This document shows, piece by piece, positions 13,301 through 24,859 of a stretch of 64,000 nt of DNA. Under the pieces are notes generated by a model. That model saw nothing but the letters and a program-made list of their open reading frames with translations. It did no database searches and was not told the origin of the DNA. This DNA comes from Anthoceros angustus. Taxonomy: Eukaryota > Plantae > Anthocerotophyta. Within the stretch, counting starts at the first letter, position 1. Every line of letters begins with the position of its first letter. The DNA is taken from NCBI GenBank assembly GCA_010909165.1, contig VJWM01000238.1, forward strand, positions 199,775 to 263,774. Direction: 5' to 3'. The position numbers and the translations under genes are program-made.

Positions 13301-13808
13301 CCCACCAGGAAAGGAAGGGAGGAGGGCCCCGAGGGGGTCAGAGAAGGGGAAGTCCAGGAAGACCCAAGTCAGGCTGGGGGTCCGGTGGCCGAGGACGGAC
13401 CCCCGGGAAGTTCTCGGGGCGGGGGAGTTCAAGAACCCGCGAGTCCGGACCCTGAGGTCCGGACTCCGGAGACGAGACCGGACCCTGAGTTCCGGACTCC
13501 AGAGTTGAGACCGGACCCCAAGGTTCGGACTCCGGAGACAAGGCCGGACCCCGAGGTTCGGACTCAGGAGGAGAGGGGGGATCACCACCCGCCTGCTTAG
13601 GCGGAGCAACCTCCTAGTGGACCCGCAGAGCAGGGACCCACCAGTGAGTCAAGAGGGGAAGGGGAGGAAGACTTGGTGGTTACCGCGGTTGTCAGGCCAT
13701 CGCCGGTAGCTCAACCAGATAGGGTCTGGAAGGAAGGGCCCCGCACCGGATCATCCGATTGCGCGCCGAACCGCCGTGACTGTGGATTGGGCCACCGCCG
13801 AGGCGTAA
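10363..13808 (+). CDS. LTR-encoded accessory ORF, copy A (frameshifted, ~1,100 codons; globular N-terminus, coiled coil, acidic disordered tail)
   Basis: Joined ORF pieces 10363-10692, 10972-11400, 12196-12747, 12596-13600: MGPKKAEVWEP..KRYPDF..NKEVR..HWNMLTKVDHLGDKLLVFLHAL..NWGGIIFARINQE..SPFIIHVWGHLNLL..KETLELQL..DFAYYHAELLKALEVL..EEDLVV..RIIRL; the same motifs occur in all four LTR copies. Confidence 0.75.
13440..13566 (+). repeat. 30-bp coding tandem repeat (PDPEVRTPETR) x4 in the LTR ORF
   Basis: ccggaccc(t/c)gaggt(c/t)cggactccggagac units. Confidence 0.85.
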
Positions 13809-13924
13809 TCATGGGCACTCCACCGCCGACGACATAGATAGGCGGGCTAAGGGAAATAGTGGGCGGCAGTTAGCACACCGAAATGGACATCACTCAAAAT
13901 AGGAGTGTATGACGCCGCCTTGGG

Positions 13925-13940
13925 CGTAGTATAAGAGGGC
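13925..13940 (+). promoter_or_regulatory. Putative LTR TATA box (copies at ~20350, ~34777, ~37932)
   Basis: GTAGTATAAGAGGG is conserved in all four LTRs, ~120-550 bp context downstream of the ORF end and ~25 bp upstream of a conserved CATCTTTCT. Confidence 0.65.
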
Positions 13941-16220
13941 AGGGGCTGCTCTAGTAAAGCATCTTTCTTTTGGGGTGATTACCGCGTTTTCTTGTAGACC
14001 CTTGTGCGTCCCTTGCTAACGCGAGTCCTGAGTTACTGAGCAGGCACGACAGCCTCGGAGAGATTGATCAAGGTCTTGGTGGCGGACCCTAACGTGTGGT
14101 GGTGTGCCGGGCGACGACCGAGACCCTTGCTCTTCCGAGCAGGGCCGACGCTGACCCGGAATGCGTGAGACCAGTGGAACTCCGGGAGGGCGTGTAGAGC
14201 CCGGACGGAGAGGCCTAGTGGAACAGCGACGGAGGTCCGGACCACGCACCCACCCACTCTTTTCCAACGAATGATGAGCGTAGTGAGAGTGGTAAGGAAG
14301 GTGGACTAAAACGAGACGATCGGTAGAGTGACGCCAATGACTCAAACGCTTAATACGGCCTCAGACGGGCGGACACTTAAGAGTAGCTAATAGTAAAACC
14401 GCGAGCGCGCGCGCGATCTTGGGTATAAATGGTCACAACGACGAGGCGAGAATCGGTTTGAGACGTGCAAAACGGAACCAATCATTCCCAATTGGGAACG
14501 GACCCCTTACTACAACGACACGGACCGCGGCGCCTGGTCGACTGTCAACAAAGTCGCACTACATCATGATACTCATGGCGGGTCCACCATTGCCAATGAT
14601 ACCAGCTGCTCCATGTGTTGGGTGTCTGTAATGGGCTGAGACAGTTCGGGCATGTAGTAAGGCTCTGTTTCAGGTGTGCCATCCATGGCGGTATGTGGAC
14701 TACGGACTTCCCTTGGGGGGTTAGGAAATAGGTAGGGTTTTGTTTTTTTTGTAGGAGCGAAGGATAAAATGAGGCGAAAAAGGGGGAAATAAGCACGGAT
14801 AGCACTCCGGACGGCACTCCGGAGTATACTCCGGACTCCGGAGTGAGGAACGTACCCGGACCCACTATGGTGCGCGTGGTAACGGATAAGTCCGACCCAC
14901 CTGTGACCGCGTGATAAGTACGCCGTGAAAGTAACTTAGAAGTTGGAGCCGTGAGACGGACCAGCGACGCCACGGACGAATTCGAATGGAGGACGGCATG
15001 CACCGACCAGAATTGCCGGGTCATAGCAGTGTGTATTCACGCGCGGACGCGGCAGAAGGCCGCAGTACGCGGAGGCGTAAGGCCGAGTAAGTGGAGGCGT
15101 AAGGTCGGAATAAGCCATGCACTCTCGCGCTACTGTGGAAGAGGCGCCCCGCCTGTTACTCCCGGCGTGGCCGGCAAGGGTTTCACACCGAGACAACTCG
15201 CAATCTTCGCGCTCCAGCCCCGCTTCTAGCGGTATCTCGCTGGACGCCAGACGCTCGCCGCTCACCGCTGAGGTTGGAGCAACAACGGGCAAGAAGGCGC
15301 AACGTGCCGGGCCTCTCCAAGCTGCCACAAGAACCAAGGAGGAGAAGGCGATGGCACCCAAAAGCCTGCGGAAGTTTGGGAGCCATGGAACCTCGTGGAG
15401 CGCAACATTGTGACTCGGCGCTATCCGGACTTTGGGCCCTGGCGCAGGGAAGGCATTGGTGCGTGGCACTTGGATGCGCTCCAGATGGTCCGGACGCTCG
15501 AGGTCACTCACAGTCGGGAGTTCGCCGGAGGCTGGGCGGTCAATAAGGAGGTGCGGTCCAAGAACCTCGGGAGGACCCTGCGATGGACCTTGGAGGTCCC
15601 GAGGCTGCCTACAACCGCCCAAAGGAGGAAGAAGGGGGAGTGGTACCAGCCCCTGGCGAGGAAGATAGGGCCGCCAGGCCGCGTCGAGGGCCTCGGACGC
15701 TGACCACCAACGGTTGGGCGATATCCCACCGCTGGACAATGGTAAGGCGGTAGCCGGATCATTGTCCATTGAAGCTCACCAAGGTGGACTCACCTTGGTG
15801 ATAACTGTTTTTTCGCATGCGCTGCCCGCTGGGGAAGAGGGCGGTGGGAAGGATCATCTTCACGGCTTTAGGTCGGAGGCTCAAGCTCAGACCGAGAAGC
15901 CCTCGCCCGTCCATGGATGGGGCACTTCAGCCTCAAGGAAGGAGAGCTTGAGCGAGCCCGGGAAGGACCTGAGGCCCTGGAGTGGAGGCAAGGGCGCCTG
16001 AGGGAGGAGGCCGATCGTCAAGGCCGACAGGAGGAGGACGGAGGAGATTCGGATTCCACTCTGAACGGACCCCCTCACCACAGGAAGTATGGGAAGAAAT
16101 TCCGCTTCCTCCTCGTGCCCCAACCGAGTGACGATCCGCTGAGCGGCTCAGCCTGAGCCAGCCACCGGCCACCCGAGGCCTTGGACCGGGGAGGGCAAGA
16201 GACGCAAGACCACGATTTCA

Positions 16221-19200
16221 TTGGACTACACGGACTTGGGGTTAGAAATTAGGTAGGATTTTGTTTTTGTGTGGAGCCGAAAGGATGAGGCTAAAAGGAG
16301 GAAATAAGCGGGTTAGCACTCCGGGGAGTATACTCCGACTCGGAGTGAGGAACGACTTAGACCTACGATGGCGGGCGCATGGGTAAGACCGGACCCACTC
16401 GGGACCGGCGGGATGCGCGAGGTAACTTAGAAGTTGGAGGCGTAAGGGGGCCGGGCGGCCACGTGGGCGACCGAGTGGAGGAGCGGGCATGCACGGTGGT
16501 CGGGACCGTAACCTTGCGAGGCCGTTATAGCGGTATTCACGCCCGCGGGCTGCCGGCGTAAGGCCCGTGCAGCGGCGTAAGGCGCGAGTAAGCCATGCGG
16601 ACCTCGGCGATTCACGGGGGAGGCGCCCTCAGCCGGTTACTCCGGCGTGGTCGGAAGAAGGTCATTTTTTCTGACCTCGAGACAATTCGCGATCTCTTGC
16701 GCTCCATGATCCGGCTCTCTGGCGGTATCTCGTGGGACACTCGGGCGTCTTGGCGGCTCACCGTTGGTCGGGCGAGCGGCGAAGAGGCTCAACGTGCGGT
16801 CTGACAAGCGGCGGCGGCAGCAAGGAGAAGAAGGCGATGGCACCCAAAAGCCAGGAAGTTTGGGAGCCATGGAACCTTGTGGGCGCAACATTGTGACCCG
16901 CGCTATCCGGACTTTGGGCTCAGCTCCGAGGCGGAGAATTGGTGCGGTGGCATTTGGATGTGTTCCAAATGGTCGGACATTTGAGTCACTCTGGTCCGGG
17001 AGTTTGCGGAAGATCTTGGCGGCGGTCAACAAGGAGGTGCGGTCCAAGAACCTCCGGGAGGACCCAAGGCGATGGACCTTGGAGGTCTGAGGCGGCCTAC
17101 AAGGAGGAAGAGGGGAGTGGTGCGGGCCCCTCAAGGCGAAGGGAAGATAGGTCCGCCAGCCCGATGCTAAGGCACGCAGCGGACCCAGTGGTTGGGCGAT
17201 ATCCGACTGTTGGACGGTCGAGTCGAGGCGGTGGCGGATCATTCATCTGGAACCTACTCACCAAGGTGGATCACCTTGGTGATAATCTATTAGTGTTCAC
17301 CACGCGTTGCGGGGGAAGAAGGCGGGTGGGAAGGATTATCTTCGCCGGTTTAGCCGAGAGCTCATGCTCGGGAGCCGCCATGGGGCATCCCCGATCCATG
17401 TATGGGGCATTTGAACTCCTCGGGAAGGAGAGCTTGGCGCTCGGAAGGGGCTGAGGCCTCCCGGAAGTGGAGGCGGGCGGCCGGAGGAGGAGGCGGTCGA
17501 CAAAACCAAGCGGACTCGGGAGGAGGGGAGGATTCGGACTCCATCGCTGAGCGGACCCCTCACCACCCAGTATGGGAAGCAATTCCCTCCCTCCTTCAGT
17601 GCCCCAGCAGGCGAGGCGGCCCGGCCCCAGCCGGCCATCACTCGGTGAGCCCGCGGACGGAGAGGCCGAAGCGCAAGACCCACACGGCTGGCAGCGGTGC
17701 AGTCGGTGCAGTACCTCTTCCCCGCGGAGTGGCGGAGGAAGGCATGGAGGCGAGAAGGGGCCGAGGCGGAGGACAGCGGCCGCATCGGGAGTCACGCCCG
17801 GCGGAAGGGGCAAAAGGCGTGCTCCGGACTCCATCACCTCAAGCCCGGAGAAAAGGGCGGAGAAGGAGCTCGCGGCCCAAAGGGGAGGAGCTCGGAGCTC
17901 GGCCTCGGGACCTAAGGGTCTGATTGGGTCGGAGAACCCGGTCGGACTTGCTCGGGGCAGTATGGAGGTCCTTGGCGGACCGTGAGATGCCGCTCCCTCG
18001 GACTTTGTGGGAGCCTCACCGTGCCGTGGAGGAAACACGGCGGGTCACAGCTACCGTCATGGACGGTATGCTCTCACAGTGTCTTGGGATGGCCGAGAAG
18101 GCCAGGTGGAAGCCACCGGGCGCATGGTGCTCCTCCGGAGGCGGTTGGAGGAGCCCAGGCGAGAAGGAAGGCCGAAGCTCGGCGGGATTGAGGAAGGGCC
18201 GGGAGGCGAGAGGAGGTCTGGTCCATCCGCAGGACGGACCAAATTCTTTGGAGGAACAGTGAGCGGGCCAAGGAGGAAGCCCGAGTCACTCGTGACCTAA
18301 GGGTCTGGTCCGAGAACCCACCGGACTTGCTCCGGATCTGCGTATGGAGGTCCTTGACGGACCGTGAGATGCCGCCCCCAGGACTTTGTGGGAGCCTCAC
18401 TCAGCCGCCGTGGAAGAAACACGGCGTCCTGCTACCGCCATGGACTATGCCTGGGGTCTGTGGGATGGCCGAGAAGGCCCAGGAGGTGGAAGCCACCCGA
18501 GGCGCATGGTGCTCCTCCAGAGCAGCTTGGAGGGAGCCTGTGAGGCGAGAAGGAAGGCCAAGCTCGGGATTGAGGAAGGAAACGCCGGGAGGCGGAGAGG
18601 GAGGTTTGGTCCATCCGCAAGGACGGACTAAATTCCTTCAGGAGGAACCAAGGCCAAGGAGGCCCAAGGCGGAGGACCTCTGCAGGCGGGCGTAGCCGCG
18701 AGGCCGGCGCAAGCGAGCAGGCGGGATCTCGGAGGCGGCACCGGACGAGCCAAGGCTGGAGAGGCTCGGTGAAGGTGGCCAGGAGGCGGAGGCCACGGCG
18801 AGGCCGATCGCGATCACTATCGGCGTGATCGGGCCGGTGGAGGAGGCGGAGAGCAGCCAATCGAAGGCCGAGCAAGTGGCCGAGCAAGCAGTCGGCCGTG
18901 AGGAGAGGCCGGCACCGGGAGGTTGGGGACCTCGAGTGCAGTGCGGAGAGGTAGAAGGCGGAGGCGGGAGGCTGGAGGACAACAAGGACACCTTGGAGTT
19001 GCAACTCCAAGATGCATCGAGCGGAGGGGTTCTCAGCGAGAGAATCCAAGACTTGACGAGAGGTGGCCTCCAGCTCCGCTTGAGACGGAGGAGAAGCGGC
19101 GGTGCAAGGAGTTCGGCGTCGCCCGGTTGCGGCAGGATGTGGCGGAAGCCGAGTCGGACGGGGATGCCCGCTGGAGAAGGAAGTGGAGGACCTCGGGAAA

Positions 19201-20891
19201 GAATAGAAGAAGGGAGGAAGGCCTGGAGGAAAAGTCATGCTCGTCCGGTTGCGGGAAGCGAAGGAGCTCGGCTCCATGGCCCATAATGGCGGAGTGAAAG
19301 CAGGAGGAGGAGAGGGCGGCGAAGGTTGCAAGAAGTGAGGCAGCCTTGGCGGCCTCAAGAGTCCGCCCGCCTCGGTGAGCTTGGCCACGGAGCAGGCCCG
19401 GTGGGCGATCTGCTCGATTCTGGAGCACCTGGAGGAGAGTGGTGCTCGGGCTCATGTGGAGGAGGCGATTCAAAGTCGATTGACCTACTACCGAGCTCCT
19501 CAAGGCTCTGGAGGTCTGCGCCACCCTAGGCGGGAGGTGGACTTCGGAAGGGAGGAGGCGAGGAGGACGGACCGGGGCGGCACTGCAGGAGTCCTAGGAG
19601 GCTGACGGCAGCAGCAGCGTGGGAAGGCAGCGGAGGAGGAGGAAGGGGCGCCACCGAGGTAAGCCTCGGCACCCTCGCATGGAAGGACGAGGGAGGATCT
19701 TGAAGGAAGAGCAAGCATTCGGGAACCAAGGGAGGGCTCGGTGGATGAACCCGTGGCTAGCCCGGAGGCATGCCAGGGCACGAGGTCGGACTTTGTCCGG
19801 ACTCAGAAAGGCCGGACCAGTCCGGCCCCGAAGGAGTGGACTTAGGGATCCGGACTCTAGTGACAGTCCGGGCCACGAGGTCCGGACCCAGGAAGGTTGG
19901 GTCGAGGCCGGACCCAGGAGGCGTCCGGTCCCAGGCCGGACTCGGCCGGGCGGAGGCCGGACCGGAGGAAGGCCGGACCTAGAGGTCCGGACTCGAGTCG
20001 AGACAGTCCCGAGGTCCAAACTCGGGAGTGGGGAGAGCCACGATCACCAACCCCGGATCCACCTTGGAGGGCCCACTGCGAGGCCCGCCGAGAGAAGAGG
20101 GAGGACGAGGAGGACTTGGTGGTGGCCGTTGTCGAGCCGCCGGTGGCCGACTGAGACCCTCGGGAAGAGGAAGGGTCCCTCGCGGATCATCCGATTAGTG
20201 CGCATGACGGCTCGGCTTTGGCGCCGGTGCCAAGAAGGAAGGCCATCGGCCCACCACCGTGGCGATAGGTGGAATAGGCGGGGGTAGGCGGTGGTTAGGG
20301 TACCACTGGCCTCATTTCGAATAGAGGTGTAATAAAGGCGTGGGCGTAGTATAAGAGGGCTAAGGCCACAGATAAATCATCTTTCTCTTGGTGTTGATGC
20401 GCGTTCTTGCGGACCTTTGTGTGTCTTCTTGCTAGTGAGTCACGTGTGGCGAGCGGCGACTCGGGAGATTGATCGGTCTGGTGGCGGACCTAACGTGTTG
20501 TGGTGTGTGCGGGGAAGGGTGGTGACCGTGCTCGTCCCAGCCGCGGCCACCGGAGACGTGAGCCGGAGGAACTCGGGAGGCGTCTGAGCGGACGGAGGCC
20601 GTGAGCAGCGGAGGAGGTCCGGTGTCCAGCGTCTTTCTAAGGCGAGGAGTGTAGCGTGAGGGGAGAGAGGAAAGGACGGATGTGTGAGTGACGACGAACG
20701 AACGGACGCGAACGGTCCTAAACGCTTGGCCATACAGGGCTGTCGGTGAACGTTGAGTAGTTAGGAGTATGTGTGTTGAGGCGAGCGCTAAGTGAGGAAT
20801 CACACGCAGCGGAGCCTATCATTCCTTGGGCGGACTTCTTCCTACAACGACAGGATTGTGGCCGGTGGCCATCGGTGAAAGTCGCGCCACA
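16221..20891 (+). repeat. 5' LTR (copy C) containing the accessory ORF (~16595-20287)
   Basis: T(G)TGGACTAC...GTCGCGCCACA, directly followed by TTT and the PBS; direct repeat of 28554-35352. Confidence 0.88.
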
Positions 20892-20894
20892 TTT

Positions 20895-20907
20895 TGGCGC
20901 CGTTGGG
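20895..20907 (+). other. Primer-binding site, tRNA-Asp type (duplicate at ~21609)
   Basis: TGGCGCCGTTGGG 3 nt after the LTR end; matches the first 11 nt of the Athila-type PBS TGGCGCCGTTGCCGGGG. Confidence 0.8.
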
Positions 20908-21639
20908 AATGAAATCGTTCGTAGCGTGGATGCGTGGAGGCGTGAGGTAGTTAAGGAATTCGAGAGTCGGACGTTGTGTTGCCCGGGCGCTCGGCGCAGC
21001 GTGAGGCACGAGCTCGAGGCGAGGACCACCCAGCGTAAGTGTGGTGGGTTGTCGGATCGAGGAGGAGACCCAAGTCGGTGGTAAGGCGGTTCCTCATCCC
21101 CCTTCCGGCGATGGACAACGTCGACCAAGCGAATTCTCTTTGGAGGTAAGAAGGAGGAGAGAAACCTTCGTGGAGGATTTTGTGTCTCGGGCAAACTTCA
21201 ACGGAGAAGGTTCGGACTTGAATTTGTTCAAGGGGTCTCCTGCGGGTGACTCGGTGTCGGAAATCTGGGCCGCCTCGAGGCACCCCTGCAACCTTGAGCA
21301 TTGAAGGATGCCTTCTTAGAAAGATTCGCGGAATCGATCAAGAAGGCTACATCTTGTCCAAACTCGAGAACAGGCGAGGAAAGGACTGGATGTGGTGCGG
21401 ATGTGAGCGATCGGACGCGACGGGTCCCGCGTTTGGCCATACCGGCTGTCGGTGAACGTTGTGAGTAGTTAGGAGTATGTGTGTGTTGAGGCGAGCGGCG
21501 CTAAGTAAGAGGAATCACACGCAGAAAGCCTATCATTCCCTTGGGAACGGACTTCTTCCTACAACGACACGGGATTGTGCGCGGTGGCCATCGAAAGTCG
21601 CCACATTTTGGCGCCGTTGGAATGAAATCGTTAGCCGTG

Positions 21640-24600
21640 GATGCGTGGAGGACGTGAGGTAGTTAAGGAAGAGTTCGAGAGTCGGACGTTGTGGCGCCCG
21701 GCTCGAGCGCACGTGAGAGACGAGAGCTCGGGAGGACACCAAGAAGTGTGGTGGGTTGTCGGATCGAGAGGAGGGCGACCAAGTCGGGCGTAAGGGTTCC
21801 TCATCCCTTACCATCGCGGCGATGGCAACAACGTCGACCAAGCAAGCGTATTCTCTTTGGAGGTAAGAAGGAGAGAGCGAAACCTTTGGAGGATTTTGTG
21901 TCTCGGGCAAACTTCGGAGAAGGTTGGATGCAGCTCATTCAATTGTTCCAAGGGTCCTCGGCGGGCTCGTATCGGAGGAAATACCCCGCCTCACGCACCC
22001 CGCAACCTTCAAGCATTGAAGGATGCCTTCTTAGAAAGATTCCGAATCGATCAAGAAGGCTACATCTTGTCCAAACTCGAGAAGAGGCGAGGAAAGACGG
22101 AGAAGTTGGGATCGTACATCGAGCGGTTCTACAGCGCTGGACCGCACCCACTCACACTACCATGCGGTGATGCGTTGGTTCGCGGCTTATCCAAGCCATG
22201 GCTAAGCACGTCTCTTTGGGAGAAAGATGTGAGCAAGGCGGTCCGGGCGGAGAGAACTATGAAGAATCGATGCACCAACGACGGCCGAGGACTCCTCCAG
22301 GAGGAAAGAAGAAGAAGAAAGCGGTCGGACTCGAAGATGAAGAACCCGGACGAAGGAGGATGAGGCGAGGCGTCGGAGGAAGAGGAAGAGGACTCAGGAA
22401 GAATCCAGGAGGCCATGGAAGAAGAAGAACCCCGAAAATAGAAGAAGAAGAAGCCCGTGGTCGGACGGAGGGTGGAAAGAAGGAGGTCATGATGCATGCC
22501 GGCGAGAGGTCCGGCCAGCTCCTTTGAAGGAAGTAGCGGGGCTGAGGGAAGATCTAGAACGGGTAATGAAGAGGGTGGAGGAGTTGACGATCAACCAGGT
22601 GAAGGATAAAGAACGGCGTAAGGCGGCCACCACGGTCCGTACTCATCTGTGGTGTGCGGTGTGTCACCAACATGGGCATTCGAAGGCCAACTGCCCCTCC
22701 AGACCCGTGAACCAGGTGGAGTACGACTACGGGGAAGAGTCCGAGGAACAGTGGGAGGACGCATACCAAGTGCAAGAAGCACAACCGGGACCACGGTATC
22801 CGACGATGTACCCACAGCGGTGGTCCGTCTGCATCGACCTCCGTCTGCAACGCATGGGAGCCCCTCCAGAATTCTCGGGCGGCGGTGGTGCTGGGCTGTG
22901 GGAACCCGGACACTACTCCAACGCTGTCCCTACCCCAGACAAGGTAGCGGAGACTTTGAGCAGGTGTGGAGTTATGGCGGTGGGGCACATGCGGTACCAA
23001 TGTCCGAATCCTCGCTCGAGGACGCTCGCAACTCTGGGGAGCCAAGACCAACGCCCCCTCCCTAAGGCTGCATGCTACAAATTGAAGGCACAAGGCGGGC
23101 GGAGTGGGAGGAGGCAGGGGCACAAGCGAGGTGGTACGGCAAGTTCGCCAAGGAAGAAGGCGGACTGGAGGTCTTGGAAGTATCAACCCGGCCGAAAGGA
23201 GCGGAAGGAGCGGAGGCAGTAAGAGGAAGAAAATGAGGATAGTCCCACGGATACGGAGGACGGAACACCTGAAGGAAGCCGAACCCGCCAAAGAGGCGAG
23301 TTAAACCGGGCCTCCCGGAGAATCCCAACGGAGTCTCGGGAGGCGGACTCACCACAGCGCCCGCGATTTCCGGATGTGGTTGAAGTGGCCGAGATGCTTC
23401 AAGAAGAACTCCCAGGACCCAGTAGTCCGGCCACCACGGCAGTAACAAGCCTGGAGGAGACAAGGCGAGCAGCGTGGTGGCGGAGAACTATGAAGAATCG
23501 ATGCACCAACGACGGCCGAGGACTCCTCCAGGAGGAAAGAAGAAAGAAGAAACGGGTGGACTCAAGATGAAGAACCCTGACGAGGAGGATGAGACCGAGG
23601 CACGGAGAGGAAGAGGAAGAGGACTCAAGAACTGAGGAGGTCATGGAAGAAGAAGAACCCACCAAAAAATAAAGAAGAAGAAGCCCGTAGTCGCGGAGGG
23701 TGGAAAGAAGGAGGTCATGATGCCCGCACTGAGAGGTCCTCGACCCACCTTTGAAGGAAGGAAGTGGGAGGAAGATCTAGAACGGTAATGAAGAGGTGGA
23801 GGAGTTGACGATCAACCGTGTGAAGGATAAAGAACGGCAAGGCGGCCACCACGGTCCGACTCATCTGTGGTGTGCGGTGTGTCACCAACATGGGCAAGGC
23901 CAACGCCTCCGCACCGGAACCGTGGAGTATGACTACGGGAAGAGTCCGAGGAACAGTGGAGGATGCATACCAAGTGCAAGAAGCACAACCGGACCACGAT
24001 CCCAGACGATGTACCCCGGCAGGTCCGTGCATCGACCTCCGATGCAAGACGCATGGGAGCCCCTCCAGAATTCTCGGCGGTGGTCGTTGGAACTGTGGAA
24101 CCCGGACACTACTCCAACGTCCCATACCCCACCGCATAAGGTAACGGAGACTTTGAACGCGTGTGGAGATTGTAAGGGTGCGGGCACATGCCTGTCCGAA
24201 TCCTCGCCGAGGACGCACGCCACGCAACCCTGGGGAGCCAAGACCACCACGCCCCTCCCTAAGGCCTGTATATAAATTGAAGACGCACGGAGGAGGAGGC
24301 ACCGAGGAGCTCGAACGAGGTGGTACAAGCAAGTTCGCCAAGGAGAAGAAGGCGGACTGAGGTACCGGAAGTGTCAACCCGAGTCAAAGGAGCGAAGGAA
24401 CGGAGACAGTAAGAGGAAGAAAATGAGGATAGTCCCACGGATACGGAGGACGGAACACCGCTGAAGGAAGCCGAACCCGCCAAAGAGGACGAGTTAAACC
24501 CGCCAGAGAGAAGAACCCCAAAAGCCACCGGAGTCTCCGAGAAGCGACTCACCCACGGCAACGCAGCTTCCACCGGATGTGGTTCGAAGTGACCGAGATG

Positions 24601-24800
24601 CTTCAAGAAGAACTCCGACAGACCTGGAGTCCGCCACCACAGCAAGCCAAACGGAGGAGACAAGGCGAACGCGTGACGCGGGAGAACCACCCGCCCTTTC
24701 AAGGTGGCCGACTTGATGATGGACCAACAACACTTGGTGTCCCTTAGGCGATTGTTAAAGGACAACCAGTATCGGCGAAGTCGGAAGGCCATCGAGGAAC
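21640..24800 (+). CDS. gag: Gag (frameshifted, partly duplicated) with three zinc knuckles
   Basis: LEDFVSRANF..ALKDAFLERFRIDQEGYILSKLE..SYIERF capsid-like region; HLWCAVCHQHGHSKANCP at ~22645 plus two more C-x2-C-x4-H-x4-C-like motifs at ~22890-23005. Confidence 0.8.
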
Positions 24801-24859
24801 GCAACCACGCGGAACTCCTTGGTGGGAAGGGCAGAACGTGGAGGTAAGGTCGTATCTCA

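Larger units (their letters stand above)
9889..14563 (+). mobile_element. Solo LTR A (~4.7 kb), diverged relative of the Gypsy LTRs below
   Basis: Begins (TG)TGGACC, ends AAAGTCGCACTACA; flanked by TCGTG (9884-9888) / TCATG (14564-14568), a 5-bp TSD with one mismatch; same layout as the LTRs at 16221 and 28554 (ORF, GTAGTATAAGAGGG box, U5); not followed by a PBS. Confidence 0.85.

Noticed and set aside
10363-13808. Calling the LTR ORF an envelope (env) gene
   Set aside because: No signal peptide or hydrophobic transmembrane stretch is visible; composition is coiled-coil and acidic
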